Shown: positions 13,051 through 25,008 of the stretch, in pieces
How positions within the stretch are numbered: position 1 is the first letter of the stretch
Layout: each line of letters opens with the position of its first letter
Assembly: GCA_951406725.2 (NCBI GenBank)
Contig: OX597817.1
Span: 30,876,001 to 30,940,000 of the forward strand
DNA length: 64,000 bases
Direction: 5' to 3'
Source of the DNA: Octopus vulgaris
Lineage: Eukaryota
Notes under the pieces: generated by a model
Told to the model about the DNA's origin: nothing
What the model saw: the letters and a program-made list of their open reading frames with translations, nothing else
Databases searched by the model: none
Made by a program: the position numbers and the translations under genes

Positions 13051-13333
13051 ATCTTTTCAATTACACAGACATATGTTTTAACGCATCCCTGATCTAGTAA
13101 AAATGCATTTAAAATATTCCCTGTGTGATGGTTAGTGTCAGTATGATAAAAAGTGATGTTTACTAAATTCAAGAATTAATTTAAATACCGCGATAGCAAT
13201 CAATCAATCAACAAATCAATACTGCACTTAGTTCAATAGCAGTGATATGGCATAAATGGTAGACCACAGGACTAAATGTCTTGACCTATTTAATTCTACT
13301 ATAAGTTCACAGAATGTCTGTAATTTTAATTGC

Positions 13334-13802
13334 TGTGAAGTATGAGACGTTTACCATTTTGAAATCTTATTTCTCAATAGAGAGTAAAGAAAGATGAAGG
13401 CATTTCTGGCAGAGCTAAAAGCATCATTCTTTCTGTTCTTCGCAGCAATCAGACTTTACAACATTTCGGCAGACTGTCTCCCAGATTAACTTTTGCTAAA
13501 CGAGACCCTCTTTATTTTCCTCAGATTCTGTCTTCTTTATTCTGTGGTGATTGATCTGACACCGAGTGGTATTAGGGCCACAACCCGGCAGACGGGGCTC
13601 TGGTGAAAAATCCTTGGAGTGTCTGTTTCGGCAACTGGCGGCTCCTCGGTCATTCTGTCCCTGCGTCTGCGGACAATCTGCGGCAAACAGGATGTCTCTA
13701 CATGCAGGATTGTTGGGGACCGCTTGTGAAATCAACATATTCCCACGAAACTTCTTCCAAGGAAGAAGCCGACTCAACCCGCCCAGGGTGAATGTCGCCA
13801 CA
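13334..13802 (-). mobile_element. Probable solo LTR (Gypsy-like)
   Basis: TGTG...CACA termini, flanks ATTGC/ATTAC (5-bp TSD, one mismatch), GC/CpG-rich relative to flanks, AATAAA on the minus strand near 13515. Confidence 0.55.
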
Positions 13803-14348
13803 ATTACAAATAAGTACTTAATGTTTTACTATTCCTGTGAGGTTGGTTCAAGTGACTATATCTCTTCCTTAAATCTTTATAGCTTTGTAAATATATAAAC
13901 AATCAATCGATTATATATCTCATGCTAGTACAACTAACAGTGCCAACTGCTTGGCGTTACACAATCAGTGTTGTCTGTTAATATGTGATTAGTCCTGTTA
14001 ACTCAATAGAATTAAATCTTGAGCTGTTAATGTATATCATGTGATCATTAGCTGGCATTCTACTCAATTACACTTCCATGCTTTGTCATAATTATGCTGT
14101 GATGTATGAGAAGATACAATCTGTTTTATTATCCAAATTATTGCTGCAATATTTAAACATGTATTCATATGAGTTAGAAATATTCTATCATATAAGAAGA
14201 GAAGGTTGCAATAAAGTATAAATCTTTCACTTTATTTCAACTCCTTTGTTTTATTGGTGATCTTTAAAGATTATTAATAAATCCGAATCCTCTATATGTC
14301 TCATTCCTACATGGAAAACACTGTAGGAACAAATTTCCAGTATATTCT

Positions 14349-14577
14349 GTTTCTTTATTACCCACAAGGGGCTAAACATAGAGGGGACAAACAGGGACAG
14401 ACAAACGAATTAAGTCGATTACATCGACCCCAGTGCATAACTGGTACTTAATTTATTGACTCCGAAAGGATGAAAGGCAAAGTCAACCGCGGCAGAATTT
14501 GAACTCAGAACATAGTGACGGACGAAATACCGCGAAGCACTTCACCCAGCGTGCCAACTATTCTGCCAGCTCGCCAT
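14349..14577 (-). mobile_element. SINE family B
   Basis: Full-length reverse copy. Confidence 0.85.
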
Positions 14578-14673
14578 CTAGATGTAGCATATTCATACTA
14601 CTAAATGACTGAGACATATCTATCATGCACAGATGCACACACACACGCACACACACACAATGTAAATACTTAC

Positions 14674-14782
14674 AACAGAAACTGCTGTTGAAATATTCCA
14701 ATCAGCCAGAATTCAAAGTGAGTTGGTAGATTTACTTGAGTGAATTTCTCCATCAATATACTACATAATCTTATTCTATCAG
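14674..14782 (-). CDS. Candidate internal coding exon of an unidentified host gene
   Basis: Strong acceptor TTTTTTAACTTCTTCCCAG and donor GTAAGT bracket 109 nt open in one frame (DRIRLCSILMEKFTQVNLPTHFEFWLIGIFQQQFL); no homology recognised. Confidence 0.3.
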
Positions 14783-15475
14783 CTGGGAAGAAGTTAAAAA
14801 ATGGTTCGTATTAACCGTAACAAGCTTGTAACCCCAGAAAATCAGAGTCTGGTCCTGTTCTGGTAAAGTGCTGGACCAGACAGTAGATAATTTAAGCTGC
14901 ATAGTTCTGTTCTTAAAAATCTTTCCTTCCACAAACTAAAAACTCTTTATATATTCCTAACATATGTGTAATAAAAACAGTCAAAACATTATTAAATGCA
15001 TGTACTTTCACTTTCATAATAGTACAATATATCATTGAGTGATTGACTTCAGAGGTATGGGACACTCATGTCTGTTTTTAAGAATATTGGCAGTGAAAGT
15101 CAATTAAATTATGATTGTAATTGAAACCAATGCTGGATAGTCAGTAGTGTATCTCTATTTTATCACTCACCAAGTCTACATTCCTGCTATTATGGGTTTA
15201 TATACTGTCATTAGGAAATACTGTTATATAGTTTAAATAAGTGTACTGATAATTTGCTAGCAATTTATCACATAAGAAGTTTTTATCTACTAAACTATAC
15301 TAGCAATACAATTACTGTTCTTTTGGTAGATGAGAAAAAGCAGGTCATTCTATCATGCAGTTTGTAAATTTAGACAAATGTGATGAAAGAAAAAAATTAT
15401 AGTTCATTTGCTGGATGAGAAGAAACAGGTTGTAAGAAATATGAAAATATAAATCGAGTAATCGTAAAAAAAAAA

Positions 15476-15615
<140 letters not shown>

Positions 15616-16035
15616 GTGATGATAAAAAAAAACTACCCACCACCTTCAGACAAGTCACAAGGATAGTTAATAAGGTATATGATATTTCTGGAATTCTGTG
15701 ATTAGCAAATTTGCAAAACTGGTAAAATAAAAATCAGTTAATGTTTCCAGTAAAAACTCTTTTTCATTGTTATATATTTTGCTTGTATTTTGGGGAATCT
15801 GTTTTTCTACTTTCTCTTTCGTAAATTTATTTCTTCTTGTTTTATCTTAAACTTTTCTATTGGGATATATATTTTCCAATACAATGATAAATTTGAGCAC
15901 TTAAAAATTGCATAAGGGCTTACTAAAAAAAAGCATAAAAGTGTTGCAACAAATCACCAAAAAAAGGAGATTTTTGTATTTTTGTGAATTACAATTTCAA
16001 CTATTTTATCCATCCAAATTCTTTTTCACACTTCT

Positions 16036-16113
<78 letters not shown>

Positions 16114-16163
16114 ATACCGCCCATGCTAGCATGGAAGGTATGCATTAAACAATGATATGAATG

Positions 16164-16215
<52 letters not shown>

Positions 16216-16754
16216 GGTAGGTAGGTAGGTAAGTAGGTAGGTAGGTAGGTAGGTAGGAATGTAGGTAGGTAGGTAGGTAGGTAGGTAGGTAGGTGCATAT
16301 GTATGTATATGTGTGTGTGTGTGTATATATATATTCTAAAGGTATGACAAGGAATTTTAATGGATGAACACATATTTATATGCATATATCATGTGTTTAT
16401 CTATCTAACTATCTATCTATCTATCTTTCTAGCTAGCTAGCTAGATAGATAGATGCATACATACATACATACATACATACATAAATGTGTGCATGTGTGT
16501 GTTCATATGGATGTTGTAACATAAGACTTTTAAAAGATGTGAAATATATTTTCATCATCATCATCATCATCCAGCATCAACCTTCTGTGCTGGCATGGGT
16601 TGGACAGCTAGCTAGGCAGGAACCTGCACCAGACTTTTGTGTTTGTTTTGGCTTGGTTTTTACAGCTGGATGCCCTTCCTAATACCAACCACCCAGCATA
16701 CTGAAAATGTTAACTTGCATAAAACTCAATACTTTGAATACGTTAGAGAGATAT

Positions 16755-17126
16755 ACTCTTACTCTTACTTGTTTCAGTCATTTGACTGCAGCCATGCCGG
16801 AGCACCGCCTTTAGTCAAGCAAATCAACCCCAGGACTTATTCTTTGGAAGCCTAGTACTTATTCTATCGGTCTCTTATGCCGAACCGCTAAGTTACGGGA
16901 ACGTAAACACACCAGCATCGGTTGTCAAGCGATGTTGGGGGGACAAACACAGATGCACAAACATATACACACACACATACATGTACATATATACGACGGG
17001 CTTCTCTCAGTTTCCGCCGTCCAAATCCACTCACTGAGGCTATAGTAGAAGACACTTGCCCAAAGTGCCACGCAGTGGGACTGAACCCGTAAGCAAGCTA
17101 CTTACCACATAGCCACTCCTACGCCT
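16755..17126 (-). mobile_element. SINE family A
   Basis: Homology, with two small internal deletions. Confidence 0.9.
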
Positions 17127-17472
17127 CAGAGTTGACTGTCATCTTTTGTTGGGTATAATTGATAATACTAAACTGCATAATTTCAAATGAGCAAAGGCAA
17201 GTACTCAATGCAGTGAGGTAGAGTTGAATAAGGTTTATCAAATCCTATGTGTGAGTTACCTGAGGCTCATGAAAAATGGAATGCCAATCAGTAACTCACA
17301 CAGTCTCTTCTCTTTCTTCTTCAAGCATCTGCAACAGAGATGCATCTCAAAATACTATGCCAGGATATTCTTTCCCTCATAAACTTTGTTATGTTCCTTA
17401 ATTTTATGTGATGCGTTTCTGCCAATTATATCAATGTAAATAATTGGTCTTCATCATCTATTAGGATTCAGA

Positions 17473-17590
17473 AGTCTCCAACACTGGTGGCTTGTTGTTG
17501 TTCCAAGTCTCCAGGACTGGTGGCTTGTTGTTCCATGTCTCCATGACTGGTGGCTTGTTCCAAATCTCCAAGGCTGGTGGCTTGTTGTTC
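17473..17590. repeat. Minisatellite, 4 units of 27-33 bp
   Basis: TCTCCA..(A/G)CTGGTGGC(TTG)1-3TTCCA units. Confidence 0.9.
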
Positions 17591-18021
17591 AGCAAGATAA
17601 TAGTGACCAGCCTATTCTGCATTGAGCAATGATAGAGATTGGTGGTACAATATGTCCATAACATAAATTTTCTCTGTAATATTCACCTTATGCAATGGAT
17701 GTTTTTGACCCTTCATGACAAGCTTGGTGTTTGGGACAAGCTTCTGATTATGAAGCTCCTGCTTCAAATCCAGGTTTTGGCACCTCAAAGAATAATGCTC
17801 TCTGCATATGCTCTGAATGAGGCAAGTTTTGTTGGTTTTGAAATATTAGTTTTGAAATATTTTTGTTCTGACATTGGAACAAACTGGTAGAAGCTTTCAT
17901 TTTCAATGATGGTTTTATATTAAAAAGAAAATCGTTTTTTCCTTTAGATTTTTCTTTTACACTTTACATTTACATATACATAATACACAGACAGACAGAC
18001 AGACACACACACACGTGCATA

Positions 18022-19645
18022 CAGTATCTCACAGAAGTATGTACACCCCTAAAAACTTTTAGTAAAATTGCCATTACTCTGATAATACTGAAGAAAATCA
18101 AACGAAATTTATAGTGAATAGAATACATTATACATGCAAACATTATACAAATTTGAAACACAAAGCAATTAACATTTTCAAAGATATGAACGAAATATCA
18201 ATTTTCAAACATTACAAAAATATGTACACTCTAAAGGAAATTTGCTATATTCTATATTATATCCACTGTTTTTTTTACTAAATTCAAACATTGCTGATAA
18301 TTTCACTTCTAATAAATTATTTCTCCTGACATTTTTGCACCAGTCATTGTTATTGCATCTGCAGGAATTTGATTTGTGTACCATGGTGAGAATCTTCTTC
18401 ATTGTGATTAAAATGGCACCAAAAGGAAAAGAATTGTCTGAAGATTGAAGAAAATTATTTTTAGTTTGCACAAGAATAGTTTAGGTTACAAGTTAATTAG
18501 CGAACAAATATATATTAGTGTAATCACTATTTCCAAAGTAATTCAGAAATACAAGGATACTGGACATTTAAACAGTAAACATCATCCAGATCGTCCTTCT
18601 ATTTTAAGTGCACATGATGGACAACAGGCATCATACCACTTCATCTTTGGCCGAAGAAGTGTGTTTTGTTAGGGGAGAGAGTTTATCCATCCAAACAGTT
18701 CACATAAGTTTGAACCAGAGTGGTCTTCATGGACCACTTCCTCATAGGAAGCCTCTCCTCATTACCAGGCATATATTAAGTTCTCTTTCTTTTGTCACAA
18801 CCTATGTGAGTAAGGGAAAGGAGTTTTGGAATAAAAACTCTTTTTTCTGATGAGACTAAAATCAATTTGTTTGGGTCAGATGGTATTAAATGAGAATGGC
18901 AATAACCTGGTGAAGATAACAGCAACCAATGCACAATGCCTGCTGTGAAACAGCAGCAGAAGTGTTACTCTTTGGGGATGCATGAGTGTGGCTGGTGTAT
19001 GAGGACTGACATTTATTGAGAGAACAATGGATTCAAGGCTTTATTGTGACATATTGCAGAAAACAATGTTGAAAAGCATCAAGGAATTAGGAAGGCATTC
19101 CCTGTTCCATCATGATTATCACTCTAAACACACTTCAAAGATGACAACTAAGTTTTTATCAGATGAAAAAGCTAAAGGTATTGCCTTGGGCTACCATGTC
19201 ACCTGATTTAAACTCAATAGAACATCTGTAGGGTGTTTTGGAAAGAAAAGTTGAGAAGAAAAAACAATGCAATATAACACTGTTGAAAGACATGATTCAA
19301 GATGACCGATTTGCTTATAACCGATTTCATCGGTTATATGCAGAAATTTGGTCGACTCAATGCCCAGAAGACTAAAAGCAGACATTGAAAGCAAGGACGG
19401 TCACACCTAATATTAAATATAGCATATAATCCTTTAGGGTGTACATATTTTTGTATCGTCGAAAATAGATTTTTCGTTCATATCTTTGAAAATGTTTATT
19501 GTTCTGTGTTCCAAATTTGTATAATTTTTGCATATATAATATATTTTATTCAGTATAAATTTTGTTTGATTTTCTTCGATATTATCAGATTAATGGCAAT
19601 TTCACTGAAATATTTTAGGGGTGCACATACTTGAGTGAGATATTG
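18022..19645 (+). mobile_element. Full-length defective Tc1 transposon, IR/DR type
   Basis: About 215-bp TIRs CAGTATCTCAC.../...GTGAGATATTG, TA flanks, inner and outer direct repeat TATGTACAC(C/T)C in each TIR. Confidence 0.95.
18413..19410 (+). pseudogene. Tc1 (DD34E-type) transposase pseudogene
   Basis: MAPKGKELSED, LGYKLIS, RKPLL, FSDETKINLFGSDG, FHHD..SKHTSK, SPDLNSIEHL, SMPRRLKA; several frameshifts and stops. Confidence 0.92.
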
Positions 19646-20149
19646 TATATATATAACATATAAGGATGAATGTATACACAAATACGCAGATAATATACAT
19701 TTCTGTTCCATTTTTGCTGGGGAAAAAGAAAATAGAATCTAAGGAAAAATTAAATCATAATACTTATAATAATGATGATCTTAATGGTACTGATGATGAT
19801 GATGATGATGACTAAGAGGAGAAAGTAGTGGAGGAGGGTGATCAGGATAACATTGTGCAGGAAGAAAATTATTCATGCTTGAAAATAAACATGAAATGTC
19901 TTACACTTTCCTTTATGAAAACAAACACCTTTCCACAAATAATTTGATTTATTTTACAAATTTTCCTTTTATGCCCGTTCAGTTTCTCTTCATTCCTTTT
20001 CTCTCGTACCCTCTTCTCCTCTCCACATATTCTATCAATCTCATTCACACTGTTTTTATGATCTGTGTACAGAAGAGGAGAGAGGAATTCTCAAACTGTT
20101 CATCAGCAAGACTGCAATTAAACACCAGATCAATGGAAATAGTAGTTGT

Positions 20150-20618
20150 TATACCTGTGCCGGTGGCACATAAAAAGCACCATCCAAACGTGGCCGTTGC
20201 CAGCGCCACCTCGACTGGCTTCTGTGCCGGTAGCACATAAAAAGCACCATCCGAACGTGGCCGATGCCAGCACCGCCCCGACTGGCTTCTGTGCTGGTTG
20301 CACATAAAAAGCACCATCCGAACATGGCCGTTGCCAGCGCCGCCTTGGCTGGCTTCCATGCCGGTGGCACATAAAATGCTCCAACCGATCGTGGCCGATG
20401 CCAGACCCCCCTGGCACCTGTGCAGGTGGCACATAAAAAGCACCCACTACATTCACGGAGTGGTTGGCGTTAGGAAGGGCATCCAGCTGTAGAAACTCTG
20501 CCAGATCAAACTGGAGTCTGGTGCAGCCCCTGGCTTCCCAGACCCCGGTCGAACCATCCAACCCGTGCTAGCGCGAAAAACGGACGTTAAACGATGATGA
20601 TGATGATGATGATGATGA
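20150..20618 (+). mobile_element. Family D retroposon with 5 tandem 62-67 bp units
   Basis: Units start at 20156, 20223, 20290, 20357 and 20419; (GAT)n tail. Confidence 0.9.
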
Positions 20619-21360
20619 TCAGAGATATTTGGGAAGTATAGACATATTGAAAAGCACCATTAAGCAACTGAGCAACACGACCTTCGCCTAACAAGGGTCA
20701 CATGCATCCACATTTGATATTGCTTCATATGTATATTTATTTACCTTTCATCTTTTATCCCCTTCCCATTTTGGGAGATTAATCTCCCTTTGACATATTT
20801 AGTAGCATATGATATGGCTGAAACCTTAAACCACTTAAACTTGAGATGTTAGGTATTGTGGAGTAAAAAATCGTACAAACTTATGAGTTATGGTTCATGG
20901 TTTTCACAAGTTAAACTGTGTATCTATACACATGCATACTGAATGTATATAAAAAGCTAGACACTTTAGATTCTTTTGCAAGTGCATGATCTGTAAGAGT
21001 TGCTTGCAAATGTTAAGAGTGAAGTGTGTTATTTATGCCTTTATCTAGTTGCGTCGAGTATTTTCAATCAAAGAGACCATTCTTTCTCATCTTAAAAATG
21101 ATATTAGCTTTTTTGAATGTATCTGATGTATGTTGGCTGAACGTGCGTCTTTTGAAATATGAAGAGATATGCTTGTATCTATACATATATCTGTAGACTA
21201 CTGAATTGCCATTTGTCTATAGTTACTGGGTTTTAAAAAGATGAGACAAACAGCTATTCATAGATATAATGTTAGTTTGTTTTCTTACATGGGGAAGTAG
21301 TTTTCACACACCAACATCAATCAAAAGAATCTAAGAAATTTTTTAAGTGTAAATAAGTCA

Positions 21361-21774
21361 TAGGCGCAGGAGTGGCTGTGTGGTAAGTAGCTTGCTTACC
21401 AATCACATGGTTCCGGGTTTAGTCCCACTGCGTGGCACCTCGGACAAGTGTCTTCTACTATAGCCTCAGACTGACCAAAGTCATGTGAGTGGATTTGGTA
21501 GACGGAAACTGAAAGAAGCCCGTCGTATATATGTATATATATATATATATATGCGTGTGTGTGTTTGTGTGTCTGTGTTTGTCCCCTAGCATTGCTTGAC
21601 AACCGATGCTGGTGTGTTTATGTCCCCGTTACTTAGTGGTTCAGCAAAGGAGACCGATAGAATAAGTACTGGGCTTACAAAAGAATAAGTACCGGGGTCG
21701 AGTTGCTCGATTAAAGGCGTTGCTCCAGCATGGCCGCAGTCAAATGACTGAAACAAGTAAAAGAGTAAAAGAGT
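21361..21774 (+). mobile_element. SINE family A, full length
   Basis: Complete head to AAAAGAGT tail; TAAGTCA duplicated at the flanks. Confidence 0.92.
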
Positions 21775-22480
21775 AAGTCAGTTTTTTGAGGAGTGAAAAA
21801 AATCTCCAATGGTTGGGAAAACCCTAGTCTGAAACATCAGACATTTCCCTTTCTCGTGGCAACTAAACTTATTGACAAGTACAAACACTCTTGGATTTGA
21901 TTACTAGCATTACTGAGTGAGACTAGCATTAGCTTCTGCGGAATTTGGATTATAATCTATCAATCAAACATTTTATATTCTGCATCTGTTGTTTAATGAT
22001 CTTTATGATCTTAAATATCTGTTGTGCAAAGAAGTCAAATATTTTGGCTCCAATTCAGTAAAGTTCAGGAAAGAACTGATAAAATGGTTTGAGATTTAAT
22101 CAGAAGGTATTATCTCTTATCTAGTCTGAACTGATGGATTGTTCAATAAGCCAGTCTGTGCAAAGGCCAATGGTTATGTCAAAAAAGGCGCTTTTTAATT
22201 GAGATGAAATATATTTACGGATCTTTTTTTCTGAATAACTATCTGGTCTTTGCTTTTCTTTAGTCCTTTTCAGCTCTTTCCAAGAAAGCCTATGATCAAA
22301 ACATTCCATCCTTGACCATTCCATCTTATTTTGACAATGTATCTTGGATTATGTATTCCTCTTTCTGAGAAGGTAAAGTGTTGTTTAGGGAAACTCAGTT
22401 GTTATTTCTAGCTCTGGTATGGAGCCTCCTTTGTCCATTCAATTCTCTTGTGGTTGTTCAGTCTGCTGAACTAGATAAAT

Positions 22481-22621
22481 ATTTCTTCACTACCCACAAG
22501 GGGCTAAACATAGAGGGGACAAACAAGGACAGACAAAGGGATTAAGTCGATTACATCGACCTTAGTGCGAAATTGGTACTTTATTTATCGACCTCGAAAG
22601 GATGAAAGGTGAAGTCGACCT
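22481..22621 (-). mobile_element. SINE family B, 5'-truncated
   Basis: TCTGCTGAACTAGATAAA duplicated on both sides. Confidence 0.85.
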
Positions 22622-22836
22622 TTATCTGCTGAACTAGATAAAGTACTTGAATGAGGAGATTGGTGAAAAATTGAAATACTTACTGTGAAAAGATTATAGA
22701 ATTATTTTGTCATGTCGGTGTCGTTGTGCTTATGATACTCAGGCTACTAAGTTAATTTAAGGATCATTTGACATGTTAGTAATACAAGTTAAATAAATGA
22801 AGAGAAATGATGAACGTTTTTTGTTGAACTTCTGAT

Positions 22837-23251
22837 TAGGCGCAGGAGTGGCTGTGCGGTAAGTAGCTTGCTAACCAACCATATGGTTCCGGGTTCAGTC
22901 CCACTGCGTGGCATCTTGGGCAAGTGTCTTCTCCTATAGCCCCGGGCCGACCAATGCCTTGTGAGTGGATTTGGTAGACGGAAACTGAAAGAAGCCCATC
23001 GTATATATCTATATGTATATATAAGTGTGTGTGTATATGTTTGTGTGTCTGTGTTTGTCCCTCTAGCATTGCTTGACAACAGATGCTGGTGTGTTTACGT
23101 CCCCCTCACTTAGCGGTTCGGCAAAAGAGACCGATAGAATAAGTACTGGGCTTACATAGAATAAGTCCCGGGGGTCGATTTGCTCGACTAAAGGTGGTGG
23201 TCCAGCATGGCCGCAGTCAAATGACTGAAACAAGTAAAAGAGTAAAAGAGT
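22837..23251 (+). mobile_element. SINE family A, full length
   Basis: Complete copy interrupting one arm of an inverted duplication. Confidence 0.92.
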
Positions 23252-23477
23252 AAGGAGTTTAAAAAGCGAGAGAATTTCTTAGCTTAGCGGAATTTCAAGC
23301 TTAACTTGGTGGTAAATGAAAATGTCCTTTTAGGGGTTGTAAGTAAATATGATTAACAACTCATGAACAGGTTACAGAAACTTTATTTACTGCATATAGT
23401 GTTTTCTGTGTTGGTCTTTGGACGAAAAATAAAAGCAACAGTTACACACATGGAGAGACATAGTACTGGGGGTTATA

Positions 23478-23710
23478 TATTTCTTTACTTCCCACAAGGG
23501 GCTAAACACTGAGGCGACAAACAAAGACAGACAAACGGATTAAGTCGACTACATCGACCCAAGTACGTAACTGGTACTTAATTTATCAACCCCGAAAGGA
23601 TGAAAGGCAAAGTCGACCTCAGCAGAATTTGAACCTAGAACGTAACAGCAGACGAAATGCGGCTATGCATTTCGCCTGGCTTGCTAACATTTCTGCCAGC
23701 TTGCCGCCTT
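23478..23710 (-). mobile_element. SINE family B
   Basis: Full reverse copy; CTGGGGGTTATA on both flanks. Confidence 0.88.
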
Positions 23711-24160
23711 ATAACCTGGGGGTTATAACAAACTAGCTGGTACATATCAATCTATGACTGACCTTCACAGCTGGAAAAATAATCACATTATATTTGTGTC
23801 AGCAAAATTTGACCTTTTATCTGCAATGGTAGGCGAATGGAATGTGAATGGCAACATAAAAGTGGTTGCCTCAACTTTCTGAAGTTGCTGCCAAAAGCCA
23901 CCTTTTTCTTTTTATAGGATTCATTAGGAAGTTCTAGTTAGTTGAATTACATGGTGACTCAATGCTGATTGGTCACTTAATCAGCTAATCATATGAATTA
24001 ACAGTGATATTCAGCAATTCAGTTTTGAATCTGCTACAATATCAACCTTGGAGCCACAAGAGGAGCTCTGTGTATGGTTGCTCAACCCATTAGATACTTT
24101 ACGTGGAAAAACAAAACAAATGGCATGATAATGGCTGGAATGCCTTTTAGTCATACTCCT

Positions 24161-24577
24161 ACTCTTTTACTCTTTTACTTGTTTCAGTCATTTGACTGCG
24201 GCCATGCTGGAGCACCGCTTTTAGTCGAGCAAATCGATCCCAGGTCTTATTCTTTGTAAGCCTAGTACTTATTCTATCGGTCGCTTTTGCCGAACCGCTA
24301 AGTTACGGGGACGTAAACACACCAGCATGGGTTGTCAAGCGATGTTGGGGGGACACACACAGACACACAAACATAATCACACACACACATATACACATAC
24401 ATATACATATATACGACGGGCTTCTTTCAGTTTCCGTCTACCAAATCCACTCACAAGGTTTTGGTTGGCCTGAAGCTATAGTAGAAGACACTTGCCCAAG
24501 GTGCCACGCAGTGGGATGAACCCGGAACCATGTGGCTGGTAAGCAAGCTACTTACCACACAGCCACTCCTATGCCTA
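24161..24577 (-). mobile_element. SINE family A, full length
   Basis: Homology to the family consensus. Confidence 0.92.
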
Positions 24578-24674
24578 TACCTTATATATCTGCTTGATTA
24601 AAGTTAATCTGGAGTTTAACTTTAATCAAGCAGATATATAAGTTATAGGCATAGGAGTGGCTGTGTGGTAAGTA
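24549..24674. repeat. Near-perfect palindrome, 59-bp arms, 8-nt spacer
   Basis: 24549-24607 versus 24616-24674, one mismatch. Confidence 0.95.
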
Positions 24675-25008
24675 ACTGGAGTTAATGATAAATTCACACC
24701 TAACACCAATTAAATCATTTCAAATTAATATAGGCATTTTGTGTTGATATTACACCTACACTGGATGTATAATTTTAACAGAATACCATCTCAGTGCAAG
24801 AGCAATTTTCATTTGTATTTCTTTGTATTTTTCATTCATTTATTATTTTTTTTCTGCTATTTGACACCATCATATCACAACACAAAATGTCCAGCTGCTA
24901 AGCTAAGAAATTCTCTCGCTTTTTAAATGTTCATCATTTCTCTTCATTTATTTAACTTGTATTACTAACATGTTAAATGATCCTTAAATTAACTTAGTAG
25001 CCTGAGTA

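Noticed and set aside
20045-20561. Repetitive ORFs such as DGAFYVPPAQ and MVLFMCHRH
   Set aside because: Translations of the 67-bp family D units; the period is not a multiple of three
21361-21440. tRNA-like sequences at SINE heads
   Set aside because: A/B boxes are present but they continue into SINE bodies and no proper cloverleaf was evident; not tRNA genes
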